64,000 bases of DNA. It comes from an uncultured bacterium. GTDB lineage: Bacteria; Chlamydiota; Chlamydiia; Chlamydiales; SM23-39. The notes below the pieces were generated by a model. It saw only the letters and a list, made by a program, of their open reading frames with translations, did no database searches and had not been told where the DNA came from. The stretch lies in NCBI GenBank assembly GCA_963716985.1, contig OY970323.1:1056001-1120000 (forward strand), written 5' to 3'. Position numbers and translations under genes: made by a program. Each line of letters starts with the position of its first letter. Positions within the stretch are counted from its first letter, which is position 1. Shown here piece by piece: positions 1 to 9,900 of the stretch.

Positions 1-204
1 AAGTCAAAAGAGTTATGTTACATGGGCGAAATTTAATCGACTAAAGGCGCTATACCCAATTTTAAAGCCAAGCTTGAAGATTCCATATGGAAAGATGCAA
101 GCATTGGCAGTCTTGTAAACCAAACTTTGAAGAGCGTGGTGCGGGAAATCCGCACGCCACGATCGTTGGGGTTGGAGTTATGCAAATAGCTCCTTCTACC
201 CGGC
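1..204 (+). mobile_element. 3' end of a group II intron (maturase C-terminus plus ribozyme domains V and VI); 5' part lies outside the window
   Basis: D5-like hairpin GAGCGTGGTGCGGGAAATCCGCACGCCACGATC (132-164) with the AGC triad. D6-like hairpin GGGGTTGGAGTTAT-GCAA-ATAGCTCC-TTCTACCCGGC ending at about 204. Preceded by an ORF tail typical of intron maturase domain X. Confidence 0.88.
2..118 (+). CDS. ltrA: C-terminal fragment of a group II intron reverse transcriptase/maturase (partial, not in the ORF track)
   Basis: Frame +2 reads SQKSYVTWAKFNRLKALYPILKPSLKIPYGKMQALAVL*, matching the (RR)SQ..(S)..W..F..L...YP...P pattern of domain X in introns lacking an endonuclease. Stop at 116-118, just before D5. 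Confidence 0.8.
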   Translation, partial: SQKSYVTWAKFNRLKALYPILKPSLKIPYGKMQALAVL

Positions 205-259
205 GACCGAGCCCAAATAGGGCTCCTCCCACTCGGCAATGCTCTTAAGCGGAGAAAAA

Positions 260-745
260 TTAACCAATGCCGCGTACGGATTCTTGAAAAGCACGGGCCG
301 CAGCCGCTGCCGCTTGCTGGACTGCATCTTCGGCAGTTTTGGCAGAAGTGGCTCCCTGTCCTTGCTGGTTCGAGATCTTTGTGTTTAGGATTGTGGCGTC
401 TCCATCGGCTCGGACTTTCTTAGGATCCGCATAGATTTTGGTCGCTGCTTGTCCGATCTCTGATCCGGTCTTTCCAATCGCTACTAAAAAGTCTTGCGCG
501 GTTTTTCGGTCCGGAGTGTTGCAAACCCCATAGGCAAGCATGTTACAGCCCACAACCATCGTAAGCGTAACGGCAAGTGTGGTAACTGCCTGGAGGCGCG
601 AGGCGTAAGCTGAGTCTCCATATTTTTCTGAGAGATTCGTTAACTCCTTATGCAGTTCGGCAGCCTGAAAGGTTTTTAGCTTGGCTGCGGACGCGTGCGC
701 TTGGGAAAGAACTTCCCCAAGTTTATATTGGGATTCAATGGTCAT
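260..745 (-). CDS. putative minor T3SS translocator (CopD/CopD2-like), short
   Basis: Last gene of an operon with an LcrH-type chaperone. One hydrophobic segment (AVTTLAVTLTMVVGCNMLAYG) and an Ala/Gln-rich amphipathic C-terminus. Position-based call. Confidence 0.55.
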   Translation of the reverse strand: MTIESQYKLGEVLSQAHASAAKLKTFQAAELHKELTNLSEKYGDSAYASRLQAVTTLAVTLTMVVGCNMLAYGVCNTPDRKTAQDFLVAIGKTGSEIGQAATKIYADPKKVRADGDATILNTKISNQQGQGATSAKTAEDAVQQAAAAAARAFQESVRGIG

Positions 746-763
746 AACACTCCTCCATGATTT

Positions 764-1780
764 TTACGTTGGTTGGACGGCAAGTTTTTGACTTGTAATG
801 TAACTTTGCAATGCATCTCTGCACGATTCGTTTAATGTACGCTGCGTGTCCGCAGTTTCTTGAACAGCGCGAGTTGTTTCATTCACACGATGCTTGTAAA
901 GAGCCGATGCGCTTTCGGACTGTTTTCCCTTTTCTTGCATCTGATAGGTATGCGCAGTGTCGATACCGCTTTTGATGCCGAGAAAGACGGATGCGACATT
1001 GATCACAGTCGATACGCCGGAGAATAAAGTGGAGACTTCGGGCCCTAGCTGCCCAGTCCAAAACTGGGGATTGGACACTTGAATGGTCGTTGCCGAAACG
1101 CCGAGGCTGACCAGTCCTAAAAGCGTCGATCCGATCGAGACGCTTTTTTCTAAAAGAGAGGCGAGTTTGGCTCTGTTTTCTTCGTTGTCGGTCACAAGGC
1201 CGGCAAACCAGCTCCATCCCCCGGAAAGGGACATCCCCTGGTTGAAAAGAGCGCCGGATCCCGAGAGCAACAGAGCGTAGGTGAGATAAGCGGTGGCAGG
1301 TCCGGCCCCGGAGATAGTTGCGGCGGTAAAAAAGGTCATGGCCGATGTGAGAGTAGAGGCAATTTGTCGATAGCTGTCCCAATAGGAGGCCCTCTCTTGC
1401 TGTTCTACGAGCGCTCTTTGTTTTTTCGCCCACTCGAGGGCTAGCGTCTCGTGGCGTTTTGTCGCTTCTGTTAATTCTTCTGCTTGGCAGTGGTTCAAAC
1501 GGCCAAGCGTCTCCTCGGCCCCGATTTGGAGCTCCATCAGATCAAAGATCGGAGGATGGGTTTCTTTCTCGGATGATGGCGGGGGGAGTTTAGGGCGGGA
1601 AGGGGGGGAGGGCGATAGAGCATCGAGTGAAGAGGGTGGGGCAATTGCGAGCCGGTCTTGAAAAACGGGGCAGCCGGCCGGCGTTCCTAACATTGCGGGA
1701 GGCGGTAGTTTTTTTGAATTTTCAATGGCCTCTAGAAGCGGGCTTTTTTCTGCTTCGATGGCAGAAAGGGATCTAGGCAT
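764..1780 (-). CDS. putative major T3SS translocator (CopB/CopB2/YopB-like)
   Basis: Pro-rich N-terminus containing PKLPPP (resembles the PxLxxP chaperone-binding motif), a coiled coil, two long hydrophobic regions and a C-terminal coiled coil. Overlaps the chaperone stop. Confidence 0.7.
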   Translation of the reverse strand: MPRSLSAIEAEKSPLLEAIENSKKLPPPAMLGTPAGCPVFQDRLAIAPPSSLDALSPSPPSRPKLPPPSSEKETHPPIFDLMELQIGAEETLGRLNHCQAEELTEATKRHETLALEWAKKQRALVEQQERASYWDSYRQIASTLTSAMTFFTAATISGAGPATAYLTYALLLSGSGALFNQGMSLSGGWSWFAGLVTDNEENRAKLASLLEKSVSIGSTLLGLVSLGVSATTIQVSNPQFWTGQLGPEVSTLFSGVSTVINVASVFLGIKSGIDTAHTYQMQEKGKQSESASALYKHRVNETTRAVQETADTQRTLNESCRDALQSYITSQKLAVQPT

Positions 1781-2165
1781 GGGGCGGCTCCTCTTCTAAA
1801 TGGTTCTGGCTTTTTAATGCCTGGATTTTTTCCAGAAGATCTCTTGGAGGATGGCATTTTTCAGCAGCTAAGAGGGCTTTGAGCGCTTGATTTTTTTCAT
1901 TTTGGGAAAGTAGACACTCGGCTGCATGAAAATGGGGCAGGGGATTTTCAGGATCTAACGTGGCCGTGATGCTCCAGGCGGTGAGCGATTTTTTGTATTC
2001 GCCTTTGACTTGCCAAGAGGCGGCAAGGCCAAACCAGTGGCTCGCTCGATCGGCATCAAGCAGGACAAGGCAAGAAAAGGCTTGAATGGCTTCATCGACA
2101 TGCCCCTTTTCATAAAGGAGGCAGCTTGCCTGATAAAGATCCTGATTGTGCGGATGGATGTTCAT
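1773..2165 (-). CDS. class II T3SS chaperone, SycD/LcrH family (TPR)
   Basis: 130 aa with LY..G...EA...F..LVLLD....HWFGLAA..Q..GEY..... and LDPENPLPHFHAAECLL, the typical SycD/LcrH TPR motifs. Confidence 0.92.
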   Translation of the reverse strand: MNIHPHNQDLYQASCLLYEKGHVDEAIQAFSCLVLLDADRASHWFGLAASWQVKGEYKKSLTAWSITATLDPENPLPHFHAAECLLSQNEKNQALKALLAAEKCHPPRDLLEKIQALKSQNHLEEEPPHA

Positions 2166-3193
2166 CTGCCCTGGCCCATGCGTTCCAAGACATGTCTCAA
2201 AAATTCCTGATAGGCTTTCAACGCTGCTAGCATGGCCTCATCGATTAAGCGCTGCTCGGATTGAATCCCTTGCAGTCCTGTCAACTCTTTGTTGGCGTCC
2301 TGCGGGCCCTGTTCGCACCGAGTTGTGACCACCTGTTCTAAGTCTTTTAACTCTTTTATGAGCTGTTTGATCTCCGCTTTCGACCGTTTGGTAAAATCAT
2401 AGCGCCCTTTTCCTTCTTTTTTGAGAAGTTCGCTCTGATCTTTTAATTCTTCAAGGGCGGCGCACTGTTTCAAACGGGAAGAAAAATCTTCTCTGGTTTT
2501 TGGCACAACGGTTTGATCAAAAGTGATGACGTAGGAGCCGGCCCCGGCGGAGCCAACCCCGTCGGATCCGGATCCGATGGATCTAGATCCACTGGCTAGG
2601 TCTGCTTTTGCTTTCAGGGCGGAAATGTCATAGCCATGATGTTGGAGCACAACTGCGAATTCTTCGTTCAAAACAAGGTCGGATTTTTCGACCCTCTCTT
2701 TTTTTGTCAAAGAAAGGTGTTCTTGGACGGCGGGGAGGGAGAAATCAATCGACTCGATGGCGGGCTCTTTTCCTCCGGGAGTTTCCAGTTTTGTTTTTTC
2801 TCTTTTCAATCTTTGCCGAAGCTCGATCAGGTAATCCAATTTGCCATAGATCTCTTTTGCTTTACGTATGATCTCCCCTTCTCTTTCGTGCAGCTGTTTT
2901 TGTTTTGGAGCGTAAAGAATATCCAGGACCTCGTAGACCATATTGTAGCCAAAGGGATGGGATGTGTGGGGGGAAAGGGAAGCAGATTCGATAGTGCCCG
3001 ACAAGGAGGCCGGAGGTGCCGCAGAGGGAATTTTCAGCGCGCCGGCAGCAGCTTGGTGAACTTTTAGCTGTTCGCGAGTTAAAGGGAGCGTTTCACGGCT
3101 CTCTTGCTGCAGTTGATTGTAGAAGGCGGCGATGACAGGATGCTCGTCAGTTTTTTTCTTCTTGCCTATGCTTGCGACTTTTCCATCGTCCAT
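2162..3193 (-). CDS. hypothetical coiled-coil protein, first gene of the translocator operon (CT863-like position)
   Basis: 343-aa helical ORF whose stop overlaps the chaperone ATG (ATGA). AT-rich promoter region upstream. Confidence 0.7.
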   Translation of the reverse strand: MDDGKVASIGKKKKTDEHPVIAAFYNQLQQESRETLPLTREQLKVHQAAAGALKIPSAAPPASLSGTIESASLSPHTSHPFGYNMVYEVLDILYAPKQKQLHEREGEIIRKAKEIYGKLDYLIELRQRLKREKTKLETPGGKEPAIESIDFSLPAVQEHLSLTKKERVEKSDLVLNEEFAVVLQHHGYDISALKAKADLASGSRSIGSGSDGVGSAGAGSYVITFDQTVVPKTREDFSSRLKQCAALEELKDQSELLKKEGKGRYDFTKRSKAEIKQLIKELKDLEQVVTTRCEQGPQDANKELTGLQGIQSEQRLIDEAMLAALKAYQEFLRHVLERMGQGR

Positions 3194-3403
3194 TTTATTT
3201 TTCCTTTGTTAATTTTATGCGGACATAGCTTTCTCTCTTTTTCGATTCTAAATTAAAAACAAATTAAAAGCTATGCTATTAATTGTTTTAATGAAGAAAG
3301 AAAAAGTTGGCAACTAAAGATAAGTTTTGCATCTCTTTGAAAAAAAATCTAGAAGAAATTTCCTTTTTTTTTAAGTTTATGGATCAACGGAAGTTAAGAC
3401 TTA

Positions 3404-4449
3404 ACGCGATGTGCGAGTTTTTCAAAGCAAAAAATCACACGTAAAAAAATAATTGAAAAATGACAAGTCCTTACTGCACACTGTTTTGCGACAAAACAAC
3501 AACAGGAGTTCAGGACATGTCGATTGATGATTTTATCATAACCACCTTTTGTTTGATAGATGATGAGATGAAGAAGGTTCTTGCAGACGAGAAATTTCGT
3601 CAAAGAGGTCCCTCGCCTAGATTGAAAGACAGCGAGGTTATTACGATGGAGGTCGTTGGAGAATTTTTTGGAATGGACCGTGACAAAACCATTTGGGAAT
3701 ATTTCAAAAGGCACTGGTTGCATTTCTTTCCAAATATTCCTGCACGTTCGAATTTTGTCAGGCAAGCGGCCAACCTTCATGTAGTAAAGCGATTGTTACA
3801 AGAGAGTTTAGCAACTGACCTACATGCTCTTTCTGATTCATTGCACATAATAGACGGGCTTCCTATTCCAGTTTGCAAATTTGCCAGAGCTCACTTTAGC
3901 AAAAATTTCAAGGGCGACGCTGCATATGGATATTGTGCTACAAAAAAAGAGCACTTTTATGGTTTTCGAGGCCATGTTGTCATCAGTTCAATAGGGGTGG
4001 TGACAGCAGCTACATTCGCCAAGGCAAACATTGATGAGCGCGATGTGTGTCCTGAGATTGTGGAAAAAATCGGAGGGCTTTTGTTGGGAGACAAAGGTTT
4101 TATACGACCTGGATTGAAAGAGTTGCTCAAAAAACAAGGGTTGTACTTGCAAACTTCGCTGAGAGAAAATATGAAAGATGAAAGACCGAAGAAATTTTTG
4201 AAATGGCTGGTAGGGACTCGGCGACTGGTTGAAACAGTTATAGGGCAGCTCAATGATAGATTTCGGATTGAAAAAGTATGGGCGCGAGATTTATGGCATC
4301 AATTTTCAAGATTTTGGAGAAAATTACTGGCGCATACTGTCGGCATTAAACTTAATGTAAACGCAGGGAACGAGCCTTTACAGTTTGACCAGTTGCTTTG
4401 TTCTTAAAAGCATAGGCGATTTTTCGCTTTATAAACTCGCACATCGCGT
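3404..4449 (+). mobile_element. IS982-family insertion sequence, intact, copy 1 (1046 bp)
   Basis: 17-bp terminal inverted repeats ACGCGATGTGCGAGTTT at 3404 and 4433-4449. 6-bp target duplication GACTTA at 3398-3403 and 4450-4455. Confidence 0.95.
3460..4407 (+). CDS. IS982-family DDE transposase (probable start 3517, MSIDDFII)
   Basis: Motifs DSEVIT, IIDGLPIPVC, YGYCA..K..FYGFRGH, LLGDKGF and RRLVETVIGQL are typical of IS982 transposases. Confidence 0.95.
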   Translation: MTSPYCTLFCDKTTTGVQDMSIDDFIITTFCLIDDEMKKVLADEKFRQRGPSPRLKDSEVITMEVVGEFFGMDRDKTIWEYFKRHWLHFFPNIPARSNFVRQAANLHVVKRLLQESLATDLHALSDSLHIIDGLPIPVCKFARAHFSKNFKGDAAYGYCATKKEHFYGFRGHVVISSIGVVTAATFAKANIDERDVCPEIVEKIGGLLLGDKGFIRPGLKELLKKQGLYLQTSLRENMKDERPKKFLKWLVGTRRLVETVIGQLNDRFRIEKVWARDLWHQFSRFWRKLLAHTVGIKLNVNAGNEPLQFDQLLCS

Positions 4450-4452
4450 GAC

Positions 4453-5514
4453 TTAAGTCCGCTGTTCATATTCGGCCGCAAGCTGGCCGCAGGCCGCGCC
4501 GATTTCACTGCCGAAGGATTGACGGATCGTTACGTGAACGCCTTTTGTTTCTAACAGTTCTTTGAAGGAGAAGAGAGAGCTTTTTTCGGTCTTGTGAAAG
4601 ATCGTGTTTTCATGCAGCGGAGGGTTGTAGCGGATCAGATTCACGAGAAAGAGGTGGCGCAGATTTTTCCTCTCTAAAAGAGAGCAGAGCTTTTTGGCAT
4701 GGTCGAGCGTGTCGTTTTTCCCGGAGAGCACCATATAGGCGATGTAGGTTTTCTTGTTGGTCTTCAGAATATGCTCTTCCAGTGCCTGGAAAAGCTCTTC
4801 GATCGGGTATTTGTTGTTGAGAGGAACCAAGCTGTTTCGCTCTTCATCAAAAGGGCTGTGGAGGGAGAGCGTTAAGCTGATTTGGGGAAATGCATTCGTC
4901 AGGCGGATCATTCCCTCGGGTATTCCAACGGTGGATAGGGTGAGCCTTCGTTCGCTAAGGCCCATCAATTGCGGATCGGTGAGGAGTCGGAGTGCATCGA
5001 AAAGATTGGGGTTCAGAAAAGGCTCCCCCATCCCCATAAAAGCTACGTTGCGAACCTCCTGATTGTTTTTCATAAAGAAGAGCGGCTGGTCCGCGATCTC
5101 GTCGGACGATAGGCTGCGCCGGAAGGAGATGCGGCCCGTTGTGCAAAAAGCGCACGCACACTGACAGCCTACTTGAGAGGAGATGCAAAGAGAGGTGTGG
5201 TCATTTTGGAACTCCATGCGGACAGCTTCAATGCGGTTTTTGTCAAAAAGCTCAAAGAGAGCCTTGGAGGCTTGGGTCACTTTTTGCGTTTTGGATAGGC
5301 GCAAGGTCAAAATCTCATCCCCCAAAGAGGCGATGATGGCGTCTCTCAAAGATTTCGAGAGGGTGGTGATTTCGCTATAGCGAAGAGCTTTGGTCTTAAA
5401 AATCGCATGTGCGATCTGCGCTCGTCGATAGGGCTTTTCTTCTTTGAGCAAAGAAGCGAGGACCTCGAGTCGAGAGGGTTGTTGGGCGGGAGTTTCTGTA
5501 ATATTTTCTTGCAT
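4453..5514 (-). CDS. Cfr-like/RlmN-family radical SAM 23S rRNA A2503 methyltransferase
   Basis: CISSQVGCQCACAFC (CxxxCxxC), FMGMGEP, SLHSP and AACGQL. Many segments resemble staphylococcal Cfr (YRRAQIAHAIFK, LTDPQLMGLSERRLTLST, YIAYM, VNLIRYNP, VTIRQSFG). ATG at 5514 preferred over TTG at 5568. Confidence 0.9.
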   Translation of the reverse strand: MQENITETPAQQPSRLEVLASLLKEEKPYRRAQIAHAIFKTKALRYSEITTLSKSLRDAIIASLGDEILTLRLSKTQKVTQASKALFELFDKNRIEAVRMEFQNDHTSLCISSQVGCQCACAFCTTGRISFRRSLSSDEIADQPLFFMKNNQEVRNVAFMGMGEPFLNPNLFDALRLLTDPQLMGLSERRLTLSTVGIPEGMIRLTNAFPQISLTLSLHSPFDEERNSLVPLNNKYPIEELFQALEEHILKTNKKTYIAYMVLSGKNDTLDHAKKLCSLLERKNLRHLFLVNLIRYNPPLHENTIFHKTEKSSLFSFKELLETKGVHVTIRQSFGSEIGAACGQLAAEYEQRT

Positions 5515-5649
5515 AGGGCATCTCAAAAAACAGGCTCTTATTGTGGTCTCTTTTTTCGTAGAAATCAATTCTTTCCGCCATTTGAAAAAAATATTTCTAA
5601 GCGGGAAGTGTTTTTTAAAAAAACACCTGAATCATTTTTTTATTTTTTG

Positions 5650-6003
5650 AGTTGATTGCGAAAAATTCGTTTATCGACGGTGGCAATGCGCTCATCCAAT
5701 GCTGTCAATTTAAGAATTCGAGAACTCTTCTCAAGAGGCAAGCTCTTTGCAGCAAAAAGAGACCTTTTCAACTAGCGGAAAATGGCTTCTGCTTTATTTT
5801 TCTCGTTTCCTTCTCCCAACTGTTTGCCTATACACCCGTGAACGCGTGCCTTCTTTGACCTTAATTAAAATATTCAATCAATCTAAATCATTTATATTCA
5901 CTGACATGCGCCCATCCATTAAGTCGACTCCTCTTGGTTATCAACAACTTATGATTACCAGAAAGAGGACATTTCTAAAAAACGGAAAGCGGACATTTTA
6001 AAA
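5650..6003 (-). pseudogene. degraded IS relic (ISNCY/IS1202-like left end plus interrupted N-terminus)
   Basis: Minus strand starts TAAAATGTCCGC...AGAAATGTCCTC (repeated AAATGTCC end motifs), then MDGRMSVNINDLD*LNILIKVKEG with an in-frame stop. Family assignment by recall only. Confidence 0.35.
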
Positions 6004-6019
6004 AAACGCTAATAGTTGC

Positions 6020-6048
6020 TTTACAAATTATTTTATTATTGTTATAAT
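6020..6048 (+). promoter_or_regulatory. sigma70(66)-type promoter
   Basis: TTTACA (6020-6025), 17-nt spacer, TG-N-TATAAT (6043-6048). GGAG RBS at 6073-6076 before ATG 6082. Confidence 0.65.
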
Positions 6049-6081
6049 TATGTTATAAAAAATAAAATAGACGGAGATTTT

Positions 6082-6414
6082 ATGTCAGTCGTGGAAAGCG
6101 ACAGTGCAACAGTTGCGTGCAGTAGCAAAACAATAACCATTCGTTTATTTGATAATAAACAAACACTTGCGATTGGTATAGTTAATAGCGTTTTTACAAG
6201 CACTTTGAAATACATCAATTATTACGGCTGGTGGTTTCTAGCACTTCTCAAGTGTTGGAGGCTTGGTAAGGAATACACAATACTAAAACGTAATGTACGG
6301 TTCGAAAAACCAGGTTCGGACGAATATTCGGACGAAGTTGAAAAGAAGTATTTTGTTGTGCTCAAGGAGGACGTTGAGAAACCAATTTACGCAGAGGATG
6401 ACTCAAAGACGTAA
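6082..6414 (+). CDS. hypothetical protein (110 aa, one hydrophobic/aromatic segment)
   Basis: ORF with its own promoter and RBS, low GC. No family recognised. Confidence 0.6.
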   Translation: MSVVESDSATVACSSKTITIRLFDNKQTLAIGIVNSVFTSTLKYINYYGWWFLALLKCWRLGKEYTILKRNVRFEKPGSDEYSDEVEKKYFVVLKEDVEKPIYAEDDSKT

Positions 6415-6505
6415 GTATATGTGATTTTTGGTACGCGTTCAGCCCCCACAGGGCTGGCGCCCCGTCTTTTGATGACAATACACGCTTCTCTTGAATAATA
6501 TCCAC

Positions 6506-6806
6506 GGGCGCATTTCCAAATTGTGGGTAGCTCAGGCGATGCATAAGATTCCTCCTTCGTAAACCGCTCTTTTTAACGATTCCCATCGACCGGCCTTGTA
6601 ATAAGCACGTAATAGCAATATTTCCTCAGCCGTGTCCTCATTCCAAAATATGCAGGGCTTTTCAAACGTAAGTTGATCACTCTTCGAACAGCACTTTCTA
6701 TAGCACCACTGCCTATCGGCATGTGCAATGCTCGCATCGCCGCGTAATCCATCCTGTGACGGTTCTTCACAAAATATTCTTGTTCTCCGAAAAGCCCAAA
6801 CTTCAA
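6506..6806 (-). pseudogene. frameshifted C-terminal fragment of an ISKra4/ISLre2-type transposase with right end
   Basis: YFVKNRHRMDYAAMRALHMPIGSGAIESAVRRVINLRLK, then in another frame CIFWNEDTAEEILLLRAYYKAGRW. Probable element end GGGCGCATTTCCAAATTGTGGG at 6506. Confidence 0.75.
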
Positions 6807-6918
6807 CTCATAGAGAAAGTCACTGAAGTTGGGTTAAGTTGACAACAGTGGGCGCTCATCTGGATTGTTTTTGATCAATGAGGACGCTTCTTGAGATCGA
6901 ATGTTTTCCAACAAATTT

Positions 6919-9900
6919 TTAGTAGTTGATGTTCCACTTTAGCGTGAATTTGCTCTGCTCTTCCTCTTGCATCGTCTCTGCTTGGAAGATAAATCCATGC
7001 TTCAGGTCTACCTCAACGCTGATGTTGGAGCTGTCTTCTTGCGTTCCTTGCGTTAGGGAAACAAGCACGTCCTTCGTGATATATTTTCCCACCTGGACGG
7101 CAATTTTTTCCGATTCGTCGGGGGCGGCTGCGGGAGAGGAGATGATGGTGAAGCGGTCAATGCCAAGGTTTTTTCGGGCCGCTTCTAATAGGTTGGACCC
7201 ATTGGAAAGGCTGGCAATGGTTGTGGCCAGCTGAATGGCTTGAATGCCGGAGATTTCAGAAATATCCTGCCCAAAGATCAGTAGCGACATGATGGAGCTT
7301 AAGGGAAGCGGAGGCAATGATTCGAAGGTAAGAGAGGGCGCATTTAACGGCCCTTTGAGGTGGGCAGAGATCACCACTCCTTTTTGCTGCACCTGTCCTG
7401 CAAGGGACAGAACGGGCAGGGCGCCGATGATTCCGGGGAAGATCAAAGAACCTTGCGTCAGGGTAAACACGCGGCCGGAAAAAGAGTAATCTCCATGAAG
7501 AAGATTTAACTGGCCCTTCGCAATGAGATCGGTATACGATCCTTCGATTTTCAAAGAGCCCATGCATTCGGCATTCAGGCCTTTTCCGGAGATCATGATG
7601 TGATCTTTGGCAAATAGGTCTAAATCTAAATAGAGCGGATAGGGAGTATAAGCGGCGGCGATTTCTTCTTGCTTTTTGGAAAAAGGATGGTTGCGGTAAG
7701 TAATGGTGAAGTCGGGCGAAAAGGGCGGAATGCGATCGGGGACGGAGAGTGAGGCTTTGTTTACTTCGATCCTGCCCACTGCTTTTGCAGAAAGCGAAGT
7801 TCCTTTGATTTGCAGTTTTCCCGAAGTTGTTGCATCGATCAGGTCGGTTTGTATGCTGCTAAGCTTGTCGAGGGCGGCAATGACGAGGAAAGGAAAATGT
7901 TTTTTGGGATCAAGGAGGAGCAGTCCCTTGGCAGCCAGAGATCCGTTATGGAGATCGGAAGCGGTCAGGGATTCGATTTGCAAAAGGTCCTTTTCGGCCT
8001 TGACTTTTGCTTGTAAATTCTTCAAATAGCTTCCGGTATAATAATTCTCATATGTCCCTTTTTCAAATTGGCAAAAACCGTTGAGCTCGGGATGGAGGAG
8101 TGTTTTGGAAAGCTCCATCCGGCACTGCAAATGACCTTTGATCCGATGGGTCCCTAAATCAAAAAAGTCCAAAAGCTCTTCAATGCCGCCATCATAGGTA
8201 AGACGAGAAAAAATAGGCGACTGCTTATCTAGCGAGAAGTGAAAGGGCAAGGGGGTAAGGAGCGCTTGGCCGAAGGCGGAAAACTCCATGATCTCCTTTT
8301 GATTCATGGCAAGGCGGCTCTTTACACTGTAGTTGTTGTCCGCTACCTGGATTTCTACGGCGCCCATGGCGTGAAGAGGGGTCTTTTCCGATAGGGAATA
8401 TACATCCAGCTTTTCTAAAGTCAAATGGATAGCGCCGTTCAGTTTTTGCTCTTTTTGGCGAAGAGTTGCGTCCATAGATGCATGTCCGCGCACGCGCAAA
8501 TTCAGGGGATTGAGAGAAAGAAAGTCGATGGGAAAATGCGTCGAATGCAATTGGATTTCTGCTTCTTGATGCGACAAAAAAATCGATCCCTCTAAAGAAG
8601 AGGAGGCCAGCTGAATGCGAAAATTTTTCATGGAAAATTGATCCGGCGACCATTCCCATTGAATGGGTTCGGGCGCTGCTAAGGGCTGCCCCAGAAGGTG
8701 GCCCGACAGAGCGTCAATAGTTACGAGCAGATCGTTTGGCGAAAACTTCCAAAAACCGCTCGATCGGATCTGAAACGGCTCTTTCCACATCCCGCTTAAG
8801 AAAAGTTCATAGGGCCAATTTTCTTGCCGGTTGGACGTCTCTAAAAAAAGCCCCTTGATGCCAATGTCGCGAAAGGAGGCATCCTGGAGTAAAAATTTAA
8901 GCAAGCCCTTCATTTCAGAAAAAGGCTCTTCGCTATCAAAGGAGAGGTAGGCTTTTTTTCCCGACAGGCTTTGGTAGTGAAAGTTTGTCAAATCGGCCTG
9001 TATTTGCGCTTCCTGCTTGCCCTTGGCATCCGGCGTGGAATAGAGGCGCAAGATCAAGTCGCCGCTTTCTGCAAGGAAGGGCAGATCGGGGAAAAGAGCG
9101 TAAAAAAGGTTCATCTTTTCAAATCGAACCTCGATTTTTCCGGTGAGGAGCCCGAGCGGCGTTCGTTTCAAAGAAGCGGAGGCATGGGCCGAGGGAAGCG
9201 TCAAAGAGGAAGAGCGCAAAGAAAAGACCGCCTCATCCTCCCATTGGAATTCCGCGGTGGCCTTGGCCTTTTCTTTCTTGAAGAAAAAAGTGGATTCAAG
9301 AGAGCCGTTTTCGTTGTGCTTAAGCTGCGAGTTGAGGGCCACGTCTTCAATGGTGTGTGGGCCGATCCGAATTTGAGGGGAGAAGAAGGAGATGTTGAAG
9401 AAAGGGCCAAGCTGAGCGTTGTAATGGAGCTCACCTGCCCCTTTTTCTAACACCAATGCGGGCAGGCGCGGCTCTTGAATGGACAGGTTTTTCGTCTTTA
9501 GAAAAAAGTCGCATTTTTGAAGACCTGACGGGACATCAAAAAAACAGGAGCCTTTTAGAGCGGTCTTGTCATTGACGTAATAAAGGTCGAAGAGCTTGCA
9601 ATTTCGACTCTCGGAAATCTGGAACGAAGAGGCGATTCGCCCTTTGTCGATCCTGAGGTTTTTGAACGGATCCTTTTCAAAGGAGGGAAGACCGATGATT
9701 TTTCCTTTGAGGAAGCCTTCAGCGGCGAGGTTTGTTGCAGCGCCTCTTTCGGAAGAGAGCATCCGATAAAAATTGTCCACCTTTCCCTTGCCGTCGATTT
9801 GCAGAAAAACAGAGGCGTCGTAAGGAAATGAAAAGAGAGAAGAGAGAGAGGGTGTGTCGAGGATGAGGCGCGAGCGGAAGGACCTGGTTTTTTTTGTGAT

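Noticed and set aside
2535..2595. GGATCC/TCTAGA-rich stretch resembling a cloning polylinker
   Set aside because: It is in frame and encodes a Gly/Ser linker (ASGSRSIGSGSDGVGSAGAGS), which explains it as low-complexity coding sequence.
6800..6855. CACTGTTGTCAACTTAA on the minus strand as a possible IS6-like end
   Set aside because: Too short, with no partner repeat or matching transposase fragment.
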